64,000 bases of DNA, taken from positions 34,256 through 98,255 of the forward strand of contig JAHLWH010000258.1 in NCBI GenBank assembly GCA_019058015.1, in the 5' to 3' direction. The DNA is from Promethearchaeota archaeon. GTDB taxonomy: Archaea; Asgardarchaeota; Lokiarchaeia; Sigyniarchaeales; SOKP01. Below are positions 29,871 to 39,551 of this stretch, one piece after another (position 1 is the stretch's first letter; each line of letters opens with the position of its first letter). The notes beneath the pieces are model-generated. The model worked only from the letters and a program-made list of their open reading frames with translations, had not been told where the DNA came from and made no database searches. The position numbers and the translations under genes were made by a program.

Positions 29871-29989
29871 ATTTCCTCAAAACAATTGATATATTGTCAA
29901 TTATTTAAAAGATTTTTAACTACATTTAATAATAAATGTTTTTATATTTTAATTTAAATTATTTTTCCGACCAATTTTTGTAAATTGGT

Positions 29990-30436
29990 TTATTCTTTAT
30001 CTTGCTCAGATTTTAGATTTTTGGAAAATTCAATTAATAATTTTTCGCAATCATTAATAATTCTTTTTACCGGTTCTTTATATTTAAATGCATCCTCTTT
30101 AAAATCTTCATTTGTCATCCCATCAATATATCCATAAGAAGATAATCCTCTCTTTTTAACTAATTCTCTCAAAATTTTTGAATGATATTTAATTTTATTT
30201 AAAAACCATTTAGGAATAGATTGTTTTTTTAAATTTAAATAAACGTTTGATACATCATGTTTTTTTGGATACTCTATACAGAAAAGTATCAATATTGCTT
30301 TGAGAGCTTGTTCGACTGACATCTGGCAGGAATAAATTACATCATTCCATCTTTTATCTTCAAATCCTCTAACAGCACTTTGATACCAGCTTTTTGCTCT
30401 CTTTAAGGCTTCTTGAGAAATTTCTAAATTATTCAT
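29990..30436 (-). CDS. HEPN domain protein (toxin component)
   Basis: QMSVEQALKAIL..YPKKHDV..RGLSSYG; ATGA overlap with the upstream MNT gene. Confidence 0.85.
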   Translation of the reverse strand: MNNLEISQEALKRAKSWYQSAVRGFEDKRWNDVIYSCQMSVEQALKAILILFCIEYPKKHDVSNVYLNLKKQSIPKWFLNKIKYHSKILRELVKKRGLSSYGYIDGMTNEDFKEDAFKYKEPVKRIINDCEKLLIEFSKNLKSEQDKE

Positions 30437-31188
30437 AATTCAATTATCTCTCCAAATTTAATATCATTCCTTTTCCAATAGAAATCCTCATCGCTATAGA
30501 AAATGCGTTTTAGCCCCTTCTTTTTAATTCTTAGTTTAGTTTTATTAATAAATTTTAAACCAATTTGATTTCTATCAAAAATTAGTAATCCATCCATTGC
30601 AATGTCATAAAATAATGTTCTAAATTTATCTAAATCTTTATGAAATAAGGATATCTCTTGAATTGGAGTATAAAGATAATTTCCTTGCTCATCTTTTAAG
30701 TTATTTTTATCATAAAAATTTAATATAACCTCTGTTAATTTTTCATCTAATTGCATATTTTTTGATATTTTATTTGAAAATATTATTAATACGTCGATAT
30801 CGCTTTCTTTAGTCCATTTCCCTCTCGCAACAGAGCCAAATAATATAACACTTAAAAGATCTTCTTTAAAAATTTCTTTTAATTTAATAAGAAAATTATA
30901 AAGATAATCTCTATAAAAGAATGGTAAATGATCAAAATTTTCATAAATTTCATCCTCATCCAGACTATCTTCAATCTTTTTTAAATTTGTCAAGATATTT
31001 TTACCTTTTTCTGTTAATTTGTAAAATCTATCTTTTTGAACGATAAGATTTTTATTAATTAAAAATTTTAACCTTTTTGATCGAGTATTCTTATTTCTAA
31101 CACATATGGACAAATCTGTAAATGTAGATTCGAAAGTAACCTCTAATTTCTTTAATATTTTAAAGCAATAATTATCAATTAGGTCCAT
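30433..31188 (-). CDS. Winged-HTH fused to minimal nucleotidyltransferase (MNT antitoxin)
   Basis: N-terminal HTH with YKLTEKG wing; LFGSVARG...ESDIDVLII. Confidence 0.85.
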   Translation of the reverse strand: MDLIDNYCFKILKKLEVTFESTFTDLSICVRNKNTRSKRLKFLINKNLIVQKDRFYKLTEKGKNILTNLKKIEDSLDEDEIYENFDHLPFFYRDYLYNFLIKLKEIFKEDLLSVILFGSVARGKWTKESDIDVLIIFSNKISKNMQLDEKLTEVILNFYDKNNLKDEQGNYLYTPIQEISLFHKDLDKFRTLFYDIAMDGLLIFDRNQIGLKFINKTKLRIKKKGLKRIFYSDEDFYWKRNDIKFGEIIEL

Positions 31189-31360
31189 TATTAAAATAAT
31201 ATTAGTTTATATTTTTATACCTTTGGTTTAAATTCCAATACAAAAAAATGTTTTTATGGCAAATTTCCAAAAAATTTATAAAATGTATTTAAATCAAATG
31301 AAATTAAATAATTTTTAAAAATTTGATTTCTATTTTAAATATAGACAATAAAATTAATGG

Positions 31361-31933
31361 TTGAAGACGTTGGGTCATTTAAAACACAATCCGAAAAGAT
31401 CCAAAGAAAAAATTGATGATACTAAAGAAGAACCATTACCTCCTAAAAAGTACGTATATCGCAAATCCCGAACAAGCATTTGGATGGTTCTTATCTTTTT
31501 AGCCATATCCGGAATTTTAATTATTGCAATTTTTATTACATTTACTCCGAGAGAAACAGAAACAATTGAGAAATATGATCTAGTATTACTAGATTATACT
31601 ATCTGGGTTGAAGAAAATCATGATTACAATTACTCAAATCCTGTTATTCAAATATACAATACTACATTAAATGTTTCTTCACGGTATGATGAGAATGTAG
31701 AGGATGGATTAATATTAGGATTTTATAATGAGCTCTTAGGAAAGTCTGTTGGGCATGGCCGTACATTTAATATAAATGTAACTATTGATCTTGATAAAGA
31801 TGGTATTGATGATGTAACTAATAAAGATGCATTAGGCTATGGATTTCCAGGAGATGGATTGTTATATAATAGAACAATTATGATAAACTATAAAATTTTA
31901 GCGATACAAAAAGCTAATGCCACAATAAGTTAA
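31361..31933 (+). CDS. Membrane-anchored FKBP-like peptidyl-prolyl isomerase-fold protein
   Basis: Single TM; DLVLLDYTIW, LILGFYNELLGKSVG, GYG..LYNRTIMINYKI follow the FKBP pattern; DLDKDGIDD insert. Confidence 0.6.
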   Translation: MKTLGHLKHNPKRSKEKIDDTKEEPLPPKKYVYRKSRTSIWMVLIFLAISGILIIAIFITFTPRETETIEKYDLVLLDYTIWVEENHDYNYSNPVIQIYNTTLNVSSRYDENVEDGLILGFYNELLGKSVGHGRTFNINVTIDLDKDGIDDVTNKDALGYGFPGDGLLYNRTIMINYKILAIQKANATIS

Positions 31934-31987
31934 AACTCAATAAAAAACAATTAAATATTAATCGAAAAAACATATAACTTGAAAAAT

Positions 31988-32404
31988 CTAAGATTTAATG
32001 TATTCTTTTTTAATATCATCAATATAATACGCGATCTCTTCTATCTGGTCTTCCCCACTAATTACTTTATCTAATTTTTCAATTAATTTCTTAGGAAATA
32101 TTTCTACCGTTGAAATTTCTTCTCGATATTGTTTAATTCTATCTGTAACTGTATATTCATCTGTACTTCTCTTTGTATCAATCTCCTCCATTACAATATC
32201 TATATAAGAATTTATGAAACCATTATTTATTTCTTTTTCAAATTTTTCAACGTCCATAGTAACTTCTTGAATTAAATGGTAATATTTTTGATTTACAGCT
32301 TCGATTTCTTCCTCTTTTTTTTCTTCTAACTCTTCAACTTTTGGTTGGATTTCACTCTTTTTTACTTCGAGTTCTTCAAGTTTCTTTTTCAGTTGATCAA
32401 TCAT
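31988..32404 (-). CDS. Coiled-coil hypothetical protein
   Basis: 138-aa E/K-rich helical ORF. Confidence 0.7.
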   Translation of the reverse strand: MIDQLKKKLEELEVKKSEIQPKVEELEEKKEEEIEAVNQKYYHLIQEVTMDVEKFEKEINNGFINSYIDIVMEEIDTKRSTDEYTVTDRIKQYREEISTVEIFPKKLIEKLDKVISGEDQIEEIAYYIDDIKKEYIKS

Positions 32405-32467
32405 ATTTTATCTTAATATAGGAATTTATTTAAAATTTTTTTCACATTTGGAGATATTAGAGATTTT

Positions 32468-33178
32468 TCATAGTTTTAAAATTTCATCTAATTGATTAAT
32501 AATAAAATTAGGCTGGTATTCCCAACTTTTAATCTCTTTAGTATAATGATGTTTTTTTCTTAATATTAAGCAAGATTTGATTTTCGCTTTATTAGCAGAA
32601 ATAATATCCACTATAGAATCTCCAATCATAATTGCTTCTGATTTGATTCTTTTAAAGTTTTTCTCTCTTTTATTTTGCCCGTTTTCCAAGAAATAATTTA
32701 ATACAATATTTATTCCAGTAGGTTCTGGCTTACAAATGGTTTGATCTTCACCTAACCCAACAACAATATCAAAATATTTTTTTATTTTTAAATAATCCAA
32801 TTGATATTTTATAATATTATCTGGAGTATTGCTTATTATACCCATTCTTTTATTTAATCTATAAAGTTCCTTGAGAACTTGTAAAACATCTTCAAAAAGC
32901 ATAATTCTGCCATCATGAATTAATTTCTTCCGTTGTTTAAAATCTTTTAAATCAAGCACTTTCCAGAATTTTTGATGGGTTTCAATGCCCCAAGATTCTA
33001 ACAAATTAATGTATTGTTTTCCAACAAACCAAATCTGTTTTCTCTCATTGAATTCGGGAATTCTCTTAACATCAAATTCCTTCAATGTTTCTACAAGTAA
33101 TTTATCGAAATAATTCCCTATGTTAGGAATTTCGACAAGGCAATTATCCAAATCAAATAAGAAATAATTAAAGTTCAA
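32468..33178 (-). CDS. HAD-superfamily hydrolase (phosphoglycolate phosphatase-like)
   Basis: FDLDNCL, IISN, KPEP, IGDS..D. Confidence 0.88.
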   Translation of the reverse strand: MNFNYFLFDLDNCLVEIPNIGNYFDKLLVETLKEFDVKRIPEFNERKQIWFVGKQYINLLESWGIETHQKFWKVLDLKDFKQRKKLIHDGRIMLFEDVLQVLKELYRLNKRMGIISNTPDNIIKYQLDYLKIKKYFDIVVGLGEDQTICKPEPTGINIVLNYFLENGQNKREKNFKRIKSEAIMIGDSIVDIISANKAKIKSCLILRKKHHYTKEIKSWEYQPNFIINQLDEILKL

Positions 33179-33208
33179 TCTTGAAGTTCTCCAATAATAA
33201 AATTTAAC

Positions 33209-33577
33209 TTAAAAAAAACCCAAATGCATTTTTTTTCCATTATCATCAAATACATAAATCACACCCATAGAAAGGATCTCATTTTGGCCTTCATTATTTT
33301 CATCTATGGATCTTTTCTTTTTTCTAGCTACTTTCTTTAGTGTTTCAAATGAAAGTTTAAATGTTTTATTACACTCCTCACAATGGATGGAATAAGTTTG
33401 CACTAATTTGACCTCATCTTCTGTTTCTTCTTTTTTAATCGGCTTCAATTTCTCTATATTTTTATTTTCACAACCCGGAATAAAACATTGAGTAAGTTCA
33501 ATTTTTTCCATACCCCTTCTTCCAAGAGCAATATACCCCATGTAAGGAATTTCATCCCATAAATCCTTTTCAGTCAT
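33209..33577 (-). CDS. Hypothetical protein with probable zinc site
   Basis: CFIPGC and HCEEC pairs. Confidence 0.65.
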   Translation of the reverse strand: MTEKDLWDEIPYMGYIALGRRGMEKIELTQCFIPGCENKNIEKLKPIKKEETEDEVKLVQTYSIHCEECNKTFKLSFETLKKVARKKKRSIDENNEGQNEILSMGVIYVFDDNGKKMHLGFF

Positions 33578-33713
33578 TATTTATCTCATTTATTTATAAT
33601 TAGTTAATTTTAATTTCAATATTCCCTTCAATAAAAATAATAATTCATATTTATAATAATTAAAACCTTTTTTCTTATAAAAGGAAAATTTCTATATTAA
33701 AAAAAAATATTGA

Positions 33714-34025
33714 ATGTTAATGGAGAAAAAAGAAATAATCTCAAGAGAAAAAATTGAACATCTTGCAAGATTAGCCTTAATTGATTTAAGCGAAGAGGAA
33801 AAAGAAAATATCTCTAAGCAATTAAACAATATATTAGATTATTTTCAAAAACTAAATGAACTTGACACTTCAAACGTCGAACCAACAAGACATGTGATTG
33901 ATGATTTAAAAAATGTTTTTAGAGAAGATATTCCAGGAAAATCCCTCACTCAAGAGGAGGCTTTAAGGAATGCTCGTGATAAACAAGACGGTTTTTTTAA
34001 AGCCCCTAGAATAATTAAAGAATGA
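33714..34025 (+). CDS. gatC: Asp-tRNA(Asn)/Glu-tRNA(Gln) amidotransferase subunit C
   Basis: IEHLARLA..LSEEE, LDTSNVEPT, NVFRED, FFKAPRI. Confidence 0.93.
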   Translation: MLMEKKEIISREKIEHLARLALIDLSEEEKENISKQLNNILDYFQKLNELDTSNVEPTRHVIDDLKNVFREDIPGKSLTQEEALRNARDKQDGFFKAPRIIKE

Positions 34026-34041
34026 AAAACAGATGTAGAAA

Positions 34042-35052
34042 TTATTTTTCTCTTTCTCTCGCTTCTTTTAGATGGTTGGTTAAAAATTCTATAGTTTTCT
34101 CCATTTCTCGCAATGCCTTTTCTCTCTCTTCAGGAGTTAGATTATTATAATCTTTCTTAAGATCTTTACCCATTGGAGGTTGAGACATAGATTTATATTT
34201 TTTATAAATTAAAGCCTGAATATAATCATCATATCTTTTTATTGCTTTAATTAATTCTGGTTTCTCCTTTATTTTCTCCCATAACTCCAAGGTTTCTATC
34301 GCATTTATACCCATATCGATTCTAAACCAACAAATTGGAACTAATTCTTCTCTCTGGATGGCGTAAAAAACCGCATCTATATTATCTTGGTCAATTTCCA
34401 TTTCCTTTACCTCACCTTCTTTCATTACAATATTTTCGGTCAAAATGTAAAAATTTGCTGCACCTCTCGAAGTCCCAACCAATCCAATGCCAAATCCCTT
34501 TGCATTTCTAATTTTATCTGCTAAATCTTCAATTTTTTCTCCAATTATATGAAATAAATTTTTTGCTTTACCCTGAAATTCTATATTTATTCTATCTTCT
34601 TTTTCAATTGAAGAAGTAATTAATTCTGGGAAAAGATCTAAGTCCCTCCCATGTTTATGAGCTTTCATTAATCTATTTACTGTTTGATAATCTAATTCTA
34701 ATCCGTTAATTGCAACGTTCTCATTCATAAAAGCGTCAACTTCAACGTCCAAAATCCCAAAAAAAAGTTTCTTTTCATTCATTATTTTATAAATTACATT
34801 TACCAATCTCTTTGTTAATTCTTCAGGATCCTCTCTAATTGATGAATACTCTTGTGTGGTAAAACTTTTAATCTGATCTTTTATACCTTCTTCACGATAA
34901 AACTCACCCCATGAAATCTCCGTGAATATTTCTTGTTCAAATTTTAAGTTGCTAACATCATCCATACTTAAAACGCATTTATTCCCTCCTAATTCTACCC
35001 CGGATTTCGTTCCAAAGGCTAATAATGAGCTTGGAGGGTTTATGAAATACAA
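34042..35052 (-). CDS. Hypothetical protein
   Basis: 336-aa ORF with typical composition; no recognised motif. Confidence 0.7.
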   Translation of the reverse strand: MYFINPPSSLLAFGTKSGVELGGNKCVLSMDDVSNLKFEQEIFTEISWGEFYREEGIKDQIKSFTTQEYSSIREDPEELTKRLVNVIYKIMNEKKLFFGILDVEVDAFMNENVAINGLELDYQTVNRLMKAHKHGRDLDLFPELITSSIEKEDRINIEFQGKAKNLFHIIGEKIEDLADKIRNAKGFGIGLVGTSRGAANFYILTENIVMKEGEVKEMEIDQDNIDAVFYAIQREELVPICWFRIDMGINAIETLELWEKIKEKPELIKAIKRYDDYIQALIYKKYKSMSQPPMGKDLKKDYNNLTPEEREKALREMEKTIEFLTNHLKEAREREK

Positions 35053-35159
35053 TTTTGGAGCACATCTCAGAGAGTTTTATTATAAAAGTGTTCTTAAATT
35101 TAATTTATTTTCTTATACGCTCTTCTTATACTATTTATATCGTTTTCAGAAATAAATAA

Positions 35160-35200
35160 TTTCAGTTCCAATTACTATATAATCGGTTTTGGAACTGAAA
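35160..35200. promoter_or_regulatory. Perfect 12-bp inverted repeat flanking a TATA-like box
   Basis: TTTCAGTTCCAA-N17 (contains TATATAA)-TTGGAACTGAAA, between divergent genes, 35 nt upstream of acdA. Confidence 0.55.
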
Positions 35201-35235
35201 AAAACTCTAAATACCAATTTTAATTATTAAAATTA

Positions 35236-36744
35236 ATGACTTCAAATCATGAAGAAGACTTAAATGAATCACATTTTCTTTACTCTATATTGAATCCAAA
35301 GAGTATTTGCATTTTTGGAGCAAACAATAATTTACTTACTACAATGGGGTCAATGCAATTGAGGAATATAATTGCTGGAGGATTTCCTAAAGAGAAAATA
35401 TATCCAATTCATCTTCGGCTAAATGAAGTTCAAGGAATCAAAGCATATAAGAATGTACTAGATTTACCCGAAACTCCAGATTTAGCATTTATTATTTTAC
35501 CACCCAGAATCATCCCTCAGATAATGGAAGAGTGTGGTCAAAAAGGAATAAAACGTTTAATTATCACATCAGGTGGTTTCAGAGAGGTTGGTTCTGATGG
35601 TTTTGAACTCTCACAAAAGATAAATAATATTGCAAAGAAATATCATATGAGGTTTATTGGCCCAAATTGTCTCGGCATCTATAATGGTTGGTATCAGCCA
35701 GAAATTATAAAATCTCATTTTAATACAATGTGGATTTATTATTTCCCTGAAAGGGGTAATATTTCCATAGCTAGTCAATCTGGAACTATCGCATGTCACA
35801 CATTTTGGCAAGCTAATGATTGGGCTGTTAAAATCGGTAAATCAATATCAGTGGGTAATGAAAATAATATTGATTTAGTTGATATCTTAGAATTCTTCAA
35901 AGAAGACCCTCAAACAAGCGTAATTGGATTATATATAGAAGAAATAAAGCGTGGAAAAGAATTTATTAAATTAGTAAAGGAAATAACTCCTAAAAAACCT
36001 ATTGTGGCGATTTATGCTGGTGGGACAGAAGCGACAACAAGATCAATTATGAGCCATACTGGTGCAATTGGCGGAAATCAAAAAATATTTGATGCAGTCT
36101 TCAAGGAAACAGGCATTATCACCACTGATTCTATAACAGATTTTTTATATTATCTTAGAACTTTATCTTTTGCTCAAAATAATAAAATATTTACAAACGG
36201 AAATAGAGTGGGAATAATTACAGATTCTGGAGGCTCCGGTTCAATGATGGTTAAGACCGCCGAAATGTATGGTCTTGAAGTCCCTGAGTTTTCTGAATAT
36301 TTACAATCCGAGATTAGAAAACATATTCCTCCTACTGCCAGCGCATGTAATCCTATTGATGTAACTTTCGATATTGACTTTTTGAATATGTTTCTCAAAT
36401 TTCCTAAACTTTTAATGAAATCAAATGAGATAGACGCAATAATAATTTATGGAGTCTTCGATTTTGATGATGTTATGGAAACTATGAGTAAATCTGGAAT
36501 GTATATTGACGAAACAATGAAAAATATATCACAAATAATAGATCTCCGTGTTCTGAAACCAATAAAACGTTTAATGAAAAAGTATTCAATTCCCGTATTT
36601 TATGTTGGGCCATATCCTTATAGATATCCTTGGTATCAAAAGTTTATCTCTCACGATGTTCCTATTTTCGATTTCTGGGACTATCCAACAAAATGTATGA
36701 GTGTATTAGCAAAATATTCAGAATATCGAAAGAGATTTAATTAA
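35236..36744 (+). CDS. acdA: ADP-forming acyl-CoA synthetase alpha subunit
   Basis: NPKSI, ITSGGFREVG, GPNCLG, SQSG, SVGNE, SHTGA (phospho-His), NPIDV. Confidence 0.88.
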   Translation: MTSNHEEDLNESHFLYSILNPKSICIFGANNNLLTTMGSMQLRNIIAGGFPKEKIYPIHLRLNEVQGIKAYKNVLDLPETPDLAFIILPPRIIPQIMEECGQKGIKRLIITSGGFREVGSDGFELSQKINNIAKKYHMRFIGPNCLGIYNGWYQPEIIKSHFNTMWIYYFPERGNISIASQSGTIACHTFWQANDWAVKIGKSISVGNENNIDLVDILEFFKEDPQTSVIGLYIEEIKRGKEFIKLVKEITPKKPIVAIYAGGTEATTRSIMSHTGAIGGNQKIFDAVFKETGIITTDSITDFLYYLRTLSFAQNNKIFTNGNRVGIITDSGGSGSMMVKTAEMYGLEVPEFSEYLQSEIRKHIPPTASACNPIDVTFDIDFLNMFLKFPKLLMKSNEIDAIIIYGVFDFDDVMETMSKSGMYIDETMKNISQIIDLRVLKPIKRLMKKYSIPVFYVGPYPYRYPWYQKFISHDVPIFDFWDYPTKCMSVLAKYSEYRKRFN

Positions 36745-36752
36745 TTTACTTT

Positions 36753-37244
36753 TCATTTTTTACCAGTTGAACCAAATCCCCCGAAATTTCTTTCTGACTC
36801 GGGGAGCTTATCTACTTCTACGAATTCATAATCATATTTTTTAGCTAAAATTATTTGGCAAATTCTATCACCCTTATGCAAAACAACATCTGAGTTTGAT
36901 AAATTTACTACAATTGCCATCCATTCATTTCTATAACCAGAATCAATTGTTCCTGGTGTATTCACTATACTTAAACCATCCCATAAAGCAAGACCGCTTC
37001 TTGGAACAACCTTAAAATAAAATCCTTCGAGTATTGCAGTTGCAAATCCTAAAGAACATCCAATTCTTTCAAGAGGGCGTAAGATATAGGTGTCGGATTT
37101 AACTACTTCCAAAAGTTTTTCACCTTTATCATCAATAATAACTTTTTTAAAACCGGTTATCCGAGCATCTGCACCAGCATCATCGGGCTTAGAAGGAATA
37201 GGAATTTGAATCTCTTTATCAATTTTTTTAAAAGGAATTTTCAT
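36753..37244 (-). CDS. dut: Trimeric dUTPase
   Basis: AGAD, PRSGLA, NTPGTIDSGYR, GDRICQ, RNFGGFGSTG. Confidence 0.95.
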   Translation of the reverse strand: MKIPFKKIDKEIQIPIPSKPDDAGADARITGFKKVIIDDKGEKLLEVVKSDTYILRPLERIGCSLGFATAILEGFYFKVVPRSGLALWDGLSIVNTPGTIDSGYRNEWMAIVVNLSNSDVVLHKGDRICQIILAKKYDYEFVEVDKLPESERNFGGFGSTGKK

Positions 37245-37496
37245 AAATTCTAATCTCTAAATGTATAATTAAATCAAAATTAGTACAATAAGTACGATAA
37301 TAAAAATAAAAATAAAAAGAAATTTTATCAATCAATAAATAATCTCAATTTTATTTTGTGACTTCCAAATTTTTTTAAGAATAAATATAAATAATTTTGT
37401 AATAACACATTCGAAAAGAAAAAAGATAAGATTAAAGTTAAGTTCGAAATATTATAATTTAAATTTAATTTAACATTAATAAATGGAGAATTATCT

Positions 37497-37952
37497 ATGA
37501 TTGTTATTGATAGATACGATCCGAGAAAAGATAAGGAAGAAATTCTAGAAATTTTTGAGGATTTTATCGAAAATAAATCGTACTTCTTCTCACACAAAGA
37601 ACGATTTGAAACAGAATTAAATAAAAGAGTTCTCGATCTTAAATATCGAAATTCAATAATTCTCGCAAGAGAAAATGGGAAGATTGTTGGTGCTGGATTT
37701 GTTTCTGGATACATAGATATCTTAGGTAATGAAAATTGTGTAATTCATCAAGTAATGACAAAAAAAGAAGATTCTTACAAACGTAGCATAGAAGAACGGA
37801 TTATAAGAGAATTAATGAAATATGTAAAAAACACTTTGAAAATAAATAAAGCATACATCCAATGCCGCGATTCTGATGGTGCCTTAAGATCATTATTATT
37901 AAAATTAGGTATCAAGAAATCTAAAGAAGTTTTATACGAAACTGAGTTGTAA
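37497..37952 (+). CDS. GNAT-fold acetyltransferase-like protein
   Basis: ILARENGKIVGAG strand, YKRSIEERII motif-A-like segment, LLKLG motif B. Confidence 0.6.
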   Translation: MIVIDRYDPRKDKEEILEIFEDFIENKSYFFSHKERFETELNKRVLDLKYRNSIILARENGKIVGAGFVSGYIDILGNENCVIHQVMTKKEDSYKRSIEERIIRELMKYVKNTLKINKAYIQCRDSDGALRSLLLKLGIKKSKEVLYETEL

Positions 37953-38044
37953 TTATTAATCTAATCATTAAAACATCTTCATTTTTTATTTTAATTTTTT
38001 TTTGAAATATCTTTTTAATTAAAAAAGTATTGTAATTAGTTGGG

Positions 38045-38820
38045 TGTGTTAATATTTGTAATGATAGCGATGAGAATGATTTAGAAGAAGGATTATTATT
38101 ATTTAATCAAGAAAAATATGAAGAAGCCATGATAAATTTCAAAAAATTTTAAAAGAAAATCCTAAAAACCTTAAAGTAAAAGAGAATTTAATCAAATGCT
38201 TATTTAAATATGGACTTCAACTGGATGATGGTTTTACTCCAGATTATGAAAGAGCTACTCATTGTTATCAGAAAATCATTGAATTAGATGAAAATAACAC
38301 AAAAGCTTGGTATAATTTAGGAATTCTTTTTTTTAAACAGAAAAAATATGAAAAGGCAATCGAATATTATAATAAAGCCCTAGAAATAAATCCCAAAGAT
38401 AAATTTGTTTTATATAATATAGGGCTTCTCTATGAGGAAATGAAGGATTATAAACGATCTCAATCTTATTATAATCAATCATTAAATATTGATCCCTCAT
38501 TTAGATACGCAATCCAAGGCAAACGAGAGTCGGAAAGAATGTTAAAAATATTAAGTGAATCTGATACTGATTTAGAGTCTATTAATTTTCATTCTTTCCC
38601 TAAGGATTTTGTTGATAAATTAAAAAGATTGATTAAAATTTCTTCAAAAATAAAAATAGAGTATATTGGAACAATATTACAGTCAAATAAAGAAGAGTTG
38701 TTGAATTTAATTATATTATGGGCTGAAAAATTCGATTTTAAGATAGATGGGGATTATTTAATTCTAAATGAGTTAAAGTTGGATAATTTCTTAACTTATC
38801 TTGCAAATTATGAAATTTAA
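38045..38820 (+). pseudogene. TPR protein with C-terminal PCI-like winged helix, interrupted by a -1 frameshift; start uncertain
   Basis: DLEEGLLLFNQEKYEEAMINFKK, frame break at the A6 run 38141-38146, then ILKENPKN..AWYNLG..YEKAIEYYNKALEINP.. continuing into track ORF 38440-38820 (KLKRLIKISSKIKI..WAEKFDFKIDGDYL). Confidence 0.75.
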
Positions 38821-38893
38821 AAAGGTTGTTTAAGAAATTTGATGGTAAATTAAAATTCATAGGTGATGTATTAAAAATAAAAAATGAAATGCA

Positions 38894-39435
38894 ATGAAAA
38901 TAGATGGTAGCAATAAAAGGTACACCTATATTATTACTGGGATTCTCATATTACCAGCCGCTGTAGCTATTTTCGGGGCATTTGCATTGGGAGTTATGGG
39001 TTTGATATCTTCTCAGATAAAGGTGTCCAACCTTTAAATACAGGAATGTCATATATTGTGAGAAACAACAATTCAGAACAAATATTCTCACCATCATTAC
39101 ACTCTGGAAATGATAAGACCGTGTTAATACTGCAATGGGACCAACTCGGCCCAGTGTATGTTAAAGCGGGTCCCATCACGCTTAAAGATTTTGATCACCT
39201 TGGTGATCTAGATGTCAATATAGAAGACGTCTCAGGTTGGTCAATTAAAGCTGAAGTCATGAGTAATTATGAGCTTATAAATTCAACAGTATATCTTTAT
39301 CAGTATGTTAATGGAGAATATGATTATTTGAATGGTGCCAAACTCTTTATAACTTGGACGCAAACTGGTTTTGTATCATATTGGCCTTACGTTTGTGATC
39401 CTGATGAATGGATATATATTGATCCAATGTTTTAA
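38894..39435 (+). pseudogene. Membrane-anchored beta-rich exported protein with a -1 frameshift after its TM anchor
   Basis: ATG at 38894 gives MKIDGSNKRYTYIITGILILPAAVAIFGAFALGVMG; a -1 shift at GGGTTTG (38998-39004) gives FDIFSDKGVQPLNTG, joining track ORF 39046-39435. Confidence 0.65.
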
Positions 39436-39551
39436 CGAGATTGTAATTATGTTCAAAGGAAAAATTATTTATTGAATTATCTAAAACTTGATCTTCATTA
39501 AATTTTGGAACATATCCAACATTAGAAGATGTTTTAATTAACCCTCCAATA

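Noticed and set aside
35160-35200. GGAACTGAAA resembles the end of an archaeal CRISPR repeat
   Set aside because: Only one inverted pair is present; there is no direct-repeat/spacer array and no cas gene in the window.
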